Source: Bdellovibrionales bacterium
Lineage (GTDB): Bacteria; Bdellovibrionota; Bdellovibrionia; Bdellovibrionales; JAGQZY01
DNA length: 64,000 nucleotides
Reading direction: 5' to 3'
NCBI GenBank assembly: GCA_964230645.1
Contig: CAXRHT010000001.1
Span: 160,001 to 224,000 of the forward strand
Of the stretch, positions 50,232 to 59,652 are shown piece by piece. The notes under the pieces were generated by a model. The model was not told where the DNA came from. It was given only the letters and a program-made list of their open reading frames with translations, and searched no databases. Every line of letters begins with the position of its first letter. Position 1 is the stretch's first letter. A program made the position numbers and the translations under genes.

Positions 50232-50278
50232 AACCTAGATGTAGTATGAACAAAGTGGGAAAAAACTAGATTTAGTTA
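50232..50278. promoter_or_regulatory. Tandem NrdR boxes
   Basis: aacCTAgATgTAGtat (50232-50247) and aaaCTAgATtTAGtta (50263-50278), 31 bp apart, matching the CwAnATnTwG core. Confidence 0.8.
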
Positions 50279-50414
50279 AATCTTTCCAAAAGAAAGACCA
50301 AAATCTGGAAGCAACAAAAGGAGGCCTCGGCCTTCTTTTGGCGTCTTATACACTTTTTTTCAAGGACTATAGTCTAGGTCGTGTTCAAACAGCAAGTTTG
50401 GGGAGGCGAGACGA

Positions 50415-52796
50415 ATGGAAGCGACTAAGAACAAAACAACAAAATCAAATACGAAATCAAGCAAAACAGAAAACCTGATGCGAGTTCGCAAAAGAGACGG
50501 AAGTCTTGAGGCTGTGGACGTTACAAAGATTGTAAAACGAGTGACCGAGTGTTCGGAAGATCTCCGTGATATCGATCCCCACAGAGTGGCTATTAAGGCC
50601 ATCAGTGGACTTTACGATGGAGCCTCTACCAAAGAGCTCGACAATCTAAGTATCCAAACAGCCGCTATGCTTATTGGTGAAGAGCCTCAGTACTCTCTAC
50701 TCGCTAGCCGTCTTCTTGGTATTTATATTAATGAAGAGGTCAAAAACCGCGGTATTTATAGCTTTAGTGAATCTGTTGCCTATGGCCACAGCCGCGGCTT
50801 GATTGCAAAAAAGACTCTCGACTTTGTTTTAGAGCACCAAGAAACTCTAGAAGCGGCTATCCAGCGACGTCGCAATGAAAAGTTCCAATACTTTGGATTG
50901 CGCACTGTTTACGATCGCTATCTTTTAAAAGACCCTGAAACACGAGATGTGTTCGAAACACCTCAGTACTTCTTTATGCGTGTTGCCTGCGGGTTGGCAA
51001 AGTCGCCTGAGGAAGCCATTGAACTTTATAAACTAACATCCAATTTGGATTATTTGCCTAGTACCCCTACCCTTTTCAATTCGGGAACTATGCACCCGCA
51101 AATGTCTTCTTGTTATCTTTTGGATTCTCCTCAAGATGACCTGAAATCCATCTATAATAAATACCAAGACATCGCTCTTCTTTCAAAATTTGCTGGCGGA
51201 ATTGGGGTGGCTTACCACCGTGTGCGCTCAAGAGGATCTTTGATCAAAGGAACCAACGGCCACTCAAATGGGATCGTCCCTTGGCTCAAAACTTTGGACT
51301 CTTCTGTGGCCGCCGTAAATCAAGGTGGAAAAAGAAAAGGGGCTTGCTGTGTGTATCTTGAGTCATGGCATGCGGATATCGAGGAGTTCCTTGAACTTCG
51401 CGATAACACTGGAGATGAGGCCAAAAGAACTCATAACTTAAACCTTGCCAACTGGGTTCCCGACCTTTTTATGAAGCGTGTGGAAGCTGATGAGATGTGG
51501 TCACTCTTTGATCCTAAAATCATGCCAGAGTTGACTGATACTTTTGGTGAAGAGTTTGAAAAACTTTATATCCAAGCCGAAAAAGAAGAAAAATATATGA
51601 AGCAGGTAAAGGCTCGTGATCTTTACTCTCGTATGATGAAAACATTGGCCCAAACCGGTAACGGTTGGATCACTTTTAAAGATCATAGCAATCTTAAAAG
51701 TAACCAAACGGCCAAAAAAGAAAACGTGATTCACCTCTCAAATCTTTGCACAGAGATCCTTGAGGTAACAAACAATCGCGAAACAGCTGTTTGTAACCTA
51801 GGTTCTGTGAACCTCTCACACCATGTGACAGAAAATGGGGTGAACTACCGCAAGATCAGAGAAACTGTGGCAACAGCCGTTAAGTTCTTAGACCGAGTGG
51901 TAGACATTAACTTCTACCCTATTGATCAAGCCAAAGGCTCTAACCACAAATGGCGCCCTGTTGGTCTTGGGGCCATGGGTCTTCAGGATGTTTTCTTTAA
52001 ACTTGGTCTTCCCTTTGATAGCGACCAGGCCCGAAAGATTTCTAAGAAAATCCAAGAGGAAATTTACTACGCCGCTGTTAAAACTTCTTGTGAGTTAGCT
52101 CAAGAATTAGGGCCTCACGAGAACTTTAATGAAACTCGCGCCGCCCAAGGTGATCTGCAGTTTGACCGCTGGGGTGTCGAGCCAGACCGTAGTGAGAGAT
52201 GGCAAAAGCTTAAAGCCGATATTAAAAAGCACGGGCTTCGTAACTCTTTGATTATTGCGATTGCTCCAACGGCGACCATTGCAAGTATCAGTGGTTGTTA
52301 TGAGGCCATTGAACCTCAGGTTTCAAATCTGTTTAAAAGAGAAACTCTGTCAGGTGAGTTCTTGCAAATCAATCGCTACCTCGTAAAGGATCTTAAAAAG
52401 ATTGGTCTATGGACTCAGGACATCCGTGACCAAATTAAATCCAACGAAGGTTCCGTGCAGGAAATCACCGAAATTCCAGAGACCTTGAGAAAAGTCTACC
52501 GAACCGCTTGGGAGATCCCTATGAAGGGATTGATCGAGATGGCCGCCGACCGTGGTGCCTTTATTGACCAATCGCAGTCACTCAACCTTTTTATGGAAAG
52601 CCCCACAATCGGTAAACTTTCTTCCATGTATATGTACGCTTGGAAAAAAGGACTCAAGACAACTTATTACTTAAGAAGTCGCCCGGCCACGCGAATCAAT
52701 AAGACGACTGTGACCAACAAAAAGAAAACCTACACCGATGAAGAAGCCCTAGCTTGTTCACTAGAAAACCCAGAAGCCTGTGACGCCTGTCAGTAG
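50415..52796 (+). CDS. nrdA: Class Ia ribonucleotide reductase alpha subunit with ATP-cone
   Basis: V.KRDG ATP-cone, TPTLFN, SSC, NLCTEI, APTAT, KTTYY, C-terminal CxxC. Confidence 0.97.
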   Translation: MEATKNKTTKSNTKSSKTENLMRVRKRDGSLEAVDVTKIVKRVTECSEDLRDIDPHRVAIKAISGLYDGASTKELDNLSIQTAAMLIGEEPQYSLLASRLLGIYINEEVKNRGIYSFSESVAYGHSRGLIAKKTLDFVLEHQETLEAAIQRRRNEKFQYFGLRTVYDRYLLKDPETRDVFETPQYFFMRVACGLAKSPEEAIELYKLTSNLDYLPSTPTLFNSGTMHPQMSSCYLLDSPQDDLKSIYNKYQDIALLSKFAGGIGVAYHRVRSRGSLIKGTNGHSNGIVPWLKTLDSSVAAVNQGGKRKGACCVYLESWHADIEEFLELRDNTGDEAKRTHNLNLANWVPDLFMKRVEADEMWSLFDPKIMPELTDTFGEEFEKLYIQAEKEEKYMKQVKARDLYSRMMKTLAQTGNGWITFKDHSNLKSNQTAKKENVIHLSNLCTEILEVTNNRETAVCNLGSVNLSHHVTENGVNYRKIRETVATAVKFLDRVVDINFYPIDQAKGSNHKWRPVGLGAMGLQDVFFKLGLPFDSDQARKISKKIQEEIYYAAVKTSCELAQELGPHENFNETRAAQGDLQFDRWGVEPDRSERWQKLKADIKKHGLRNSLIIAIAPTATIASISGCYEAIEPQVSNLFKRETLSGEFLQINRYLVKDLKKIGLWTQDIRDQIKSNEGSVQEITEIPETLRKVYRTAWEIPMKGLIEMAADRGAFIDQSQSLNLFMESPTIGKLSSMYMYAWKKGLKTTYYLRSRPATRINKTTVTNKKKTYTDEEALACSLENPEACDACQ

Positions 52797-52815
52797 TATT
52801 TAAGGAGGAATAGAC

Positions 52816-53814
52816 ATGATTTTAGATCCGGGATTTGATTTAACACTAAGACCTATGAAGTACCCTGTCTTTTACGAAATGTATAAAGACGCAATTAAAA
52901 ACACTTGGACCGTTGATGAAGTGGATTTTTCCAAGGACGTTAGCGATCTTACTAATAAAATGAGCCCTGCTGAAAGACATCTTATCAACCGTCTTGTGGC
53001 CTTTTTTGCCACAGGGGACTCGATTGTTGGCAACAACTTGGTTCTAAACCTTTATAAACACGTGAATTCCCCTGAGGCGAGACTCTATCTTTCTCGTCAA
53101 CTTTTTGAGGAAGCTCTACACGTGCAATTTTACCTAACACTACTAGACACCTATATCCCCAATCACGATGAGCGAGCCAAGGCTTTCGCCGCTATTGACA
53201 ATATCCCGTCAATTAAGAAAAAGGCTGAGTTTTGCTTTAAGTGGATGGACTCTATCAATGAAGTTAACGAGATTAACTCTCTTGAGGATCGCAGAAAGTT
53301 CTTAATGAATCTTATCTGTTTTGCCACCTGTATTGAAGGTCTCTTTTTCTTTGGAGCTTTTGCTTACGTTTACTATCTTCGTTCAAAAGGTCTCCTTGAT
53401 GGCCTAGCGAGTGGAACGAACTGGGTTTTCCGTGATGAATCGGCCCACATCAACTTCGCTCTTGAGGTTGTGGAAACCGCTAGAAAAGAAGATCCTGAAA
53501 TTTTCACACCCCAGATGAACGATATGATTACACTTATGATCGAAGAGGCTGTGGAGTGTGAAATGGCTTTTGCTGAGGACGTGCTTGAACAAGGGATTGC
53601 TGGTCTTTCCATGAAAGATATGCGTCAGTATCTTGAGTTCGTAGCCGACTCTAGGCTTGAAGCTCTAAACATTGAAAAACGTTATAACTCCAAAAATCCA
53701 TTTGATTTTATGGAACTTCAAGACGTGCAAGAGCTTACCAACTTTTTTGAAAGAAAAGTCTCGGCCTACCAAGTGGGTGTTACAGGAGATGTTTCTTTTG
53801 ACGAGAGTTTTTAA
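52816..53814 (+). CDS. nrdB: Class Ia ribonucleotide reductase beta subunit
   Basis: D..EEALHVQFY (radical Tyr), IEG, RDESAH, NFFE.KV..Y. Confidence 0.96.
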   Translation: MILDPGFDLTLRPMKYPVFYEMYKDAIKNTWTVDEVDFSKDVSDLTNKMSPAERHLINRLVAFFATGDSIVGNNLVLNLYKHVNSPEARLYLSRQLFEEALHVQFYLTLLDTYIPNHDERAKAFAAIDNIPSIKKKAEFCFKWMDSINEVNEINSLEDRRKFLMNLICFATCIEGLFFFGAFAYVYYLRSKGLLDGLASGTNWVFRDESAHINFALEVVETARKEDPEIFTPQMNDMITLMIEEAVECEMAFAEDVLEQGIAGLSMKDMRQYLEFVADSRLEALNIEKRYNSKNPFDFMELQDVQELTNFFERKVSAYQVGVTGDVSFDESF

Positions 53815-53849
53815 TTTAAATATTTAATTGCCATTATTAAACTTCGACT

Positions 53850-53876
53850 AGGGATCTTTTAAAGATCCCTTTTTTT
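53850..53876 (+). terminator. Intrinsic terminator after nrdB
   Basis: AGGGATCT/AGATCCCT followed by a T-run. Confidence 0.7.
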
Positions 53877-54146
53877 ATGACAAATCAGACCAATGAGCTC
53901 TTTAATTTGGCAATTTTTCTCCACATCGTGTCTTAACTTCTTATTCCCAATGACTTTGTAATGATTTTTGCGCCCCTGTTTTGTAATGGAAATATAGCCC
54001 TCAGCCTCCAGGTCATGGATGATTTTTTGAGTGGCTCTTTCCGTGATCCCGACAATCGAGGCCATTTCTTTGGCCGTCTGGTCGGGATTACGGCTTATTA
54101 AAAAGAGAATGTGACCGTAATTGGTGAAAAAACTCCATTGAGACAT
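53859..54146 (-). CDS. Small winged helix-turn-helix regulator (MarR/AsnC-like, W.F.TN..H type)
   Basis: MSQWSFFTNYGHIL...GITERATQKII.DLE.EGYI...K.GRKN.Y; probable start ATG 54146. Confidence 0.88.
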   Translation of the reverse strand: MSQWSFFTNYGHILFLISRNPDQTAKEMASIVGITERATQKIIHDLEAEGYISITKQGRKNHYKVIGNKKLRHDVEKNCQIKELIGLICHKKRDL

Positions 54147-54180
54147 GTTTTGAACACTAAAGAACCTGTGACGATAAGGC

Positions 54181-54215
54181 AACAAAATACGAAAATTAAT
54201 TCGTGTATTTTTGTT
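54181..54215. promoter_or_regulatory. Palindromic operator candidate
   Basis: AACAAAATACGAA-aattaa-TTCGTGTATTTTTGTT; core ACGAA-N6-TTCGT at 54189-54204. Confidence 0.55.
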
Positions 54216-54330
54216 CACATATTAAAAAATGACTTAATACTGAACCTGACTTACTGTATTTATATAGAGACGCGCACGTTGCAGAATCCTGAAGGAGCTA
54301 TAGATTCCTTTTGAGATTTAGGGAAAAATT

Positions 54331-56373
54331 ATGTCCAGAGAACTTCTCATTCGAACTCCATTCAAACCACTGTGGAGAGTTTTACTTAGTTACAGAGACT
54401 TTTATCCGGTCATCATCGTCTACTCCATTTGCGTGAGCTTTCTCACTCTAGCTACCCCGATCTCCGTACAATCACTTGTAAGTACTTTTTCCTTTGGCGC
54501 TTATTTTCAACCTATTTTCATTCTGAGCCTCATCCTCCTGGCCCTTCTTGCCATTCTGGGACTGGTCAAATCATTGCAATACCTGATGGTCGAGTACTTG
54601 CAACGAAAGCTCTACGCGAAAATAACAGCGATTATTGGTATGGCCTATCAGCTCCAAGACGGTGAGAAGAAAGATTTAAGCCTCGCTAGAAAAGCCAATC
54701 GCTATTTTGATATTATTCTTATCCATAAAAGCTTAGCCTTTTTGATGACCGATGGAATTACGGTAGCCCTGCAGACTTTCCTGGGTCTCATCCTGATCTC
54801 TTTTTACCACCCTTTCTTTATTGTTTTTGGTGGCTTGATTCTGCTCTCTATTGTAGGGCCCATTTATTTTTTTGGTATTCGGGGCCTAAAAACATCCATT
54901 GATGAGTCCAACAGAAAGTACGATGTGGCTGACTACTTAGAAGAGTTGGCGGCTCGATTTGAAAGTGGCGAGTCCATTGACCAAGTCCAAAAAACCGATG
55001 AGCAAATTGGCTATTTTCTCTCGGGTCGCGCTCGTCATTTTAAGACCTTATTCACTCAAAACATCCTTTATATGGCTCTCTATGCCTTTTTAAATGCTCT
55101 CCTTCTGGCCCTTGGAGGGTATTTAGTGATTGAGAATCAATTGACCCTAGGACAGTTGGTTGCTGCCGAAATCGTGGTCAATGCTATTTTAAGTCACCTC
55201 CTCTATGCCATGAAGTATCTGGAGTCTTTCTACGATCTCTATGCCGCCACTTATAAGGTGTCCCCTTTCTTTGAGGTTTTTGAAGAGTTGGCGGAAAAAG
55301 AAAGAAAAGACTGGAACTTCCTTGATCGCTACCCTCCTGTGGGACGCGCGATCACCAAGATGAAATCCCTCAAACAAGTCTACACTCCTACGAACTATCG
55401 CAAGCTCAGCCTCAAGTTTGGTTTATCCGTCCTTGCGATCACACTGACATTTATTTTTGTCCCCTGGCAGCAGTTCAGTCGCGGACGCGGAAGTGTCGTC
55501 GCTTTAGACCCTAACGATCGCGTGCAAACCATCACGGCCCCCTTGGCGGGGATTGTGGAAGAATGGCTTGTTCAAGACGGACAAACAGTTAAAAAAGGCG
55601 AACCCATAGTGAGGGTGGTCGACAACGACCCCAACTACCTCACTCGCCTGGAGGCAAAACGAGATGCTGCCGTTGCAAAATTTGAAGCGGCCAAAGAGGC
55701 CAGTGACACGGGCCGCTTGAACTATCACCGGCAGGAAAAGCTCAATCGCGATGGTCTAAGTTCCTCCAAAGAGTTTGAACAAGCCAAAATTCGCTACAAA
55801 CAACTAAGAGCCGAAGAATCGGCTGCGGCCGCCAACTTGGCTAAAGCCGAAGTAGAACTCTCAAGGCAGCAACAACAAACCGTGGTCGCCCCCAGAGATG
55901 GCCGTATTCGCCGGATCCAAATTGGCTCTGGTCAAACTAAAGTGAAAGCCGGAGACCCACTGGTAGAGTTCGTGCCCGACACAGAGAACAGAGCCGTAGA
56001 GCTTTATGCGGATGCTAACGATTTACCACTAGTTCATTCGGGTCGAAAGGTGAGATTACAATTTGAAGGCTGGCCGGCGGTGCAATTCACCGGGTGGCCA
56101 TCGGTCTCGGTAGGAAGCTTTGGAGGAGTCGTCACCATGGTTGACCCTTCGGTTGATTCCAACGGGCAGTTTCGAATACTAGTAAAACCAGACCCAGAAG
56201 ACCCTGAACCCTGGCCCGATGAATTTTTCCTTAGGCAAGGAACCCGTGTGCTAGGAATCATTAACCTTGATGTGGTCACAGCCGGATACGAAGTTTGGCG
56301 ACAAATAAATGGCTTCCCTAAGTCTATGGATGTGGCTACCGAATACTTTAACGGGCAGGATAAAAAGAAGTGA
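54331..56373 (+). CDS. Fusion of ABC-exporter transmembrane domain and HlyD-family adaptor; no nucleotide-binding domain
   Basis: aa ~15-315 six-helix ABC membrane domain (L.LATP..VQ.LV, NRYFDI, FYHP, GGYLVI..QLTLGQLVAAEI); aa ~345-680 HlyD (TM, PWQQ..G.G, lipoyl halves, coiled coil, VRLQFEGWPAVQFTGWP, GYE.WRQ.NGFP); no Walker A/B or LSGGQ. Confidence 0.9.
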   Translation: MSRELLIRTPFKPLWRVLLSYRDFYPVIIVYSICVSFLTLATPISVQSLVSTFSFGAYFQPIFILSLILLALLAILGLVKSLQYLMVEYLQRKLYAKITAIIGMAYQLQDGEKKDLSLARKANRYFDIILIHKSLAFLMTDGITVALQTFLGLILISFYHPFFIVFGGLILLSIVGPIYFFGIRGLKTSIDESNRKYDVADYLEELAARFESGESIDQVQKTDEQIGYFLSGRARHFKTLFTQNILYMALYAFLNALLLALGGYLVIENQLTLGQLVAAEIVVNAILSHLLYAMKYLESFYDLYAATYKVSPFFEVFEELAEKERKDWNFLDRYPPVGRAITKMKSLKQVYTPTNYRKLSLKFGLSVLAITLTFIFVPWQQFSRGRGSVVALDPNDRVQTITAPLAGIVEEWLVQDGQTVKKGEPIVRVVDNDPNYLTRLEAKRDAAVAKFEAAKEASDTGRLNYHRQEKLNRDGLSSSKEFEQAKIRYKQLRAEESAAAANLAKAEVELSRQQQQTVVAPRDGRIRRIQIGSGQTKVKAGDPLVEFVPDTENRAVELYADANDLPLVHSGRKVRLQFEGWPAVQFTGWPSVSVGSFGGVVTMVDPSVDSNGQFRILVKPDPEDPEPWPDEFFLRQGTRVLGIINLDVVTAGYEVWRQINGFPKSMDVATEYFNGQDKKK

Positions 56374-57746
56374 GAATCGTTTTTTTTACTCTCTTGTTCT
56401 TCTCTCTTCCGACTTTCGCCATTACCCCAGAAGAAGTGGTGGCTTCAAGTCTTAATCACTTCCCAAAAGTGATTCAGTCCATCAAGCAATTGGAAATTGA
56501 AGAGAACAAGACCATGGAAAAGCGTGGAGCCTTTGATGGCAGCATTCAGGGAAAAATGAGTGCACGTACCGAGGGCTATTATGAGGGCGACTACTACGAG
56601 TTAAAAGCTGAAAAACCTATTCCCTATTTCAATACAAAAATCTTTGGAGGAAAAAGACAAGGCTTTGATGATTTTCCCGTTTATGAGGCCGAGTACGAAA
56701 CGCTCAACGAAGGTGAGCTTTTTGCGGGTTTTTCCGTATCACTTTTAAGAAACTCCTTAATCGATATGAATCGCTTTAATTTGTACTATCAACAGGAGAA
56801 CCGAACTCAGGCCAAAATTGACGTTAAAGATGTGAAGATCAATGTCCAGACTATGGCTCTTAAGGCCTATTGGACCTGGTTTGTAAAAGGCCAACAATTG
56901 TCCGTTCACCAGGGAATTCTAAAACTAGCCGCAGAACGGATGGGTAACTTTAAAAAAAGAGTGAAACTAGGAGATCTCCCCGCCATTTACCTCACAGAAA
57001 ACAATCAGTATCTTCTAGCCCGTAAAGCCAAAGTCATTGAGACGAGTCTAGAGTTTCAAAAAGCAAGCTTCTACCTCTCTCTATTTTACCGTAATGAGAA
57101 AGGTGTTCCGAAAGTGCCCGATCTCGAAGACCTTCCCTCTCTAGAAAAAATTGATTTAAGTGCTTCTGGGATCACCAATGATCTCTATAAGCGAGCGGTT
57201 GAAAACAATCTGGATTTAAAGAAGTTAAGATCCCAGGAAAAACAAGCTGAACTTGAGGTTCGAATGGGAAATAACGATCTAATTCCCGAACTTGATCTCT
57301 CCTATGAGTGGAGGCAAGATCAAGGGGTTGGACCAGAGCGCCTTCGACCCGAGGAGAACAAAGTCCTTTTGAGCCTTGAGATCCCTTTTCAGTTTAGAAA
57401 AGGACTGGGACAAAAACGTGCGGCTAAAGCAAAAATAGAACAGATTAAGACAAAAAAGAATTGGCAAATCGATCAACTCAACACGAAAGTAGCCAGCTTA
57501 AAGACTGAAATTGAGGCCTACTCTTCTATCTACCAAACAACAAAACAACAGGTGGAAATGGCCGACAAACTCGCCGATGCTGAAAGACGCAAATTTTCCC
57601 AAGGTGCCAGTGACCTTATTCTCGTAAACATTCGCGAAATCAACTACGCGGAAGCTCAGGTCAAAAATCTCATGAGTCTTCTTAAGTACGAGTTTGCATC
57701 GGCCGATCTTAAAAAACAATTGGTTGAATTCATCCCCCTTCAGTGA
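56370..57746 (+). CDS. TolC-family outer membrane channel
   Basis: Signal peptide; helical repeats, P.LDL, LEIP.Q.RK..G, E..KF..G.SDL..VN.RE; GTGA overlap with the fusion gene. Confidence 0.9.
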   Translation: MRIVFFTLLFFSLPTFAITPEEVVASSLNHFPKVIQSIKQLEIEENKTMEKRGAFDGSIQGKMSARTEGYYEGDYYELKAEKPIPYFNTKIFGGKRQGFDDFPVYEAEYETLNEGELFAGFSVSLLRNSLIDMNRFNLYYQQENRTQAKIDVKDVKINVQTMALKAYWTWFVKGQQLSVHQGILKLAAERMGNFKKRVKLGDLPAIYLTENNQYLLARKAKVIETSLEFQKASFYLSLFYRNEKGVPKVPDLEDLPSLEKIDLSASGITNDLYKRAVENNLDLKKLRSQEKQAELEVRMGNNDLIPELDLSYEWRQDQGVGPERLRPEENKVLLSLEIPFQFRKGLGQKRAAKAKIEQIKTKKNWQIDQLNTKVASLKTEIEAYSSIYQTTKQQVEMADKLADAERRKFSQGASDLILVNIREINYAEAQVKNLMSLLKYEFASADLKKQLVEFIPLQ

Positions 57747-57911
57747 TGAGGTTTACCCCCTCACTGATTCCTCTTTTGAATCTTGATGACTACTGGCACA
57801 GCGGTCTAAAAAAAATGCTGTTGATAATTTAGCTTGAATAATTGGTGTAGTTTTTAGAACAATTGTGTTTGAGCTTGCTCGCTTTGTGAAGTTCTGGGTA
57901 AAAGAATAAAC

Positions 57912-58331
57912 ATGCGTTGTATCCTCATTTTATTGTTTGTTCTTCTCGCCTCTCCTTTCCAAGCTCTGTCGAAATCTATAACAATTAAGATAGATGCCGA
58001 GGAGAGCAAAAAACATAAAGTCTATATGAGTGTCTTTACCCAAAGCGAAGGTTTCCCCGATCAAGCCAAGAAAGCTAAAAGAAATATTGTTTTAGAACCT
58101 GGCAAACAACAGATAACCATTAGGCTAAAAGAGCAGACCCTAGCTTTATCAGCCTTTATCGATACCAACGGAAATAAGGCTTTGGACAAAAATAGTCTTG
58201 GTATACCAACCGAGCCCATAGGCTTTAGCTCAAACCCGACCCTCGTATTTTCTGCACCCGACTTTGATTCCTCGGCCATCGAATTAAAGGAGACCTCGAC
58301 TGTCATTAATATGAAATTCAAGACTTACTGA
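57912..58331 (+). CDS. DUF2141-like exported protein
   Basis: D.NGN..LD.N.LGIPTEP.GFS.NP....APDF. Confidence 0.85.
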   Translation: MRCILILLFVLLASPFQALSKSITIKIDAEESKKHKVYMSVFTQSEGFPDQAKKAKRNIVLEPGKQQITIRLKEQTLALSAFIDTNGNKALDKNSLGIPTEPIGFSSNPTLVFSAPDFDSSAIELKETSTVINMKFKTY

Positions 58332-58528
58332 CCTTCCCTTTCTTCTACCAACCTTCGCCTTTAGCCCTCGATCATGCTTGGTGGCTCGGTATTTTTAGTT
58401 AACACCGAACGTTAGAGAGCAAATCATAGAGAAACTTACCCACTCCCCTGGTATTCTTGCAAAAGAGGAAGGCTTAAGCCAATGGCTTATTTTCTTGCTT
58501 TGATAGACCTCTAAACAAAGGGGGGATT

Positions 58529-59587
58529 ATGAGTGACTGGATAAAAGATTATTTTGTTCGGGAAAAGTCAGTGCTTAACAGATATGGTCTCTCTTTACTC
58601 CTTCTTGCCACTTCTTTTGTTGTTATGAATTTCGTATCTAACATTGAACAAGTGAATCTCTCTTCAGCGATTCTTGGAGCCGTTGTCCTCTCAGCGATCC
58701 ATGGGGGCTTTGGCCCAGCTATAGCTGTTAGCCTCATCGGCGCTCTAGGCCTCGATTTTTTCTATGTAGCCCCGATCCACTCGGTCTTGGACTCGCTCAA
58801 CTCTTTCCTCCGGTTTTTTATTTTTATTTCAGGTTCAATGCTTGTCTCCTTTATTGTCGTCCTATTGAGAAATTCTCTTATAGAGACTGAGAACTTTAGA
58901 CATGATTTGCAAGAAAACCATAGGCAAACTAATAATCTAATGGCTGTTATCGCCCACGACTTAAGAAACCCTATTGGAGCAATCAAAGGATTTGCCGATT
59001 TACAGAGGCAGTCTGATACCTTGAACTTGGATTTCATTGAGAGAATCTACAATAACTCAAACTTTTGCTTAGAACTGATTGAAGATTTGCAGGAGTTCTC
59101 TTCTTTTAGGCACTCCAATTTCACTCTAAAACCCAACCCCATAGACTTAAACTCAGCTCTGAGAGAGGTTTTAGAATCCATTCAACCTTTAGCCCGAAAA
59201 AAAGATATTCAAATTGTATTTGAGTCCCCAACCACAGATTTTACTGTGAAGGCTGACAAGAACCTTTTAAGAAGAGCCATTCAAAACATTATGGACAATG
59301 CGATTAAGTACTCTCCTTCTGGAACCGTTGTTACAATCGAACTCACAGAGTCTCAGCACGATTTGCAGCTTAAAGTCAGCGATCAAGGACTTGGTATCAA
59401 GGAAGAAGAAATTAAAAAAATATTTACTCCTTTTTACAAAACGCCCCACAAACCCACAAATGGTGAATCCAGTACAGGCCTGGGATTAGCCTCAGTGGTT
59501 TCAATCCTCAAAGCTCATCAAGGGGAAATTAAAGTTTCCAGTCAGCCGGGCGCAGGATCCTGCTTTACTATCCATTTACCAAAATAA
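58529..59587 (+). CDS. Sensor histidine kinase with DUF4118 (KdpD-like) membrane domain
   Basis: GG.GPA..DFF..P TM block; AHDLRNP H-box; NAIKYS, DQGLG, GLGL, G.GS.F. Confidence 0.92.
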   Translation: MSDWIKDYFVREKSVLNRYGLSLLLLATSFVVMNFVSNIEQVNLSSAILGAVVLSAIHGGFGPAIAVSLIGALGLDFFYVAPIHSVLDSLNSFLRFFIFISGSMLVSFIVVLLRNSLIETENFRHDLQENHRQTNNLMAVIAHDLRNPIGAIKGFADLQRQSDTLNLDFIERIYNNSNFCLELIEDLQEFSSFRHSNFTLKPNPIDLNSALREVLESIQPLARKKDIQIVFESPTTDFTVKADKNLLRRAIQNIMDNAIKYSPSGTVVTIELTESQHDLQLKVSDQGLGIKEEEIKKIFTPFYKTPHKPTNGESSTGLGLASVVSILKAHQGEIKVSSQPGAGSCFTIHLPK

Positions 59588-59612
59588 AAAAGCAGCCGGT
59601 CCCACCGGCTGC
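59586..59612 (-). terminator. Intrinsic terminator
   Basis: GCAGCCGG/CCGGCTGC stem with a T-run on the minus strand. Confidence 0.75.
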
Positions 59613-59652
59613 ACTTAAGATCTCCTTTCCCTTTTGTTTATTTTTTTATCCT

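Noticed and set aside
49940..50414. Cobalamin riboswitch before nrdAB
   Set aside because: No B12-box or other conserved aptamer elements found.
55250..55400. Frameshift or read-through joining two separate genes at the ABC/HlyD junction
   Set aside because: The frame is continuous with no stop, and there is no room for an NBD in any frame.
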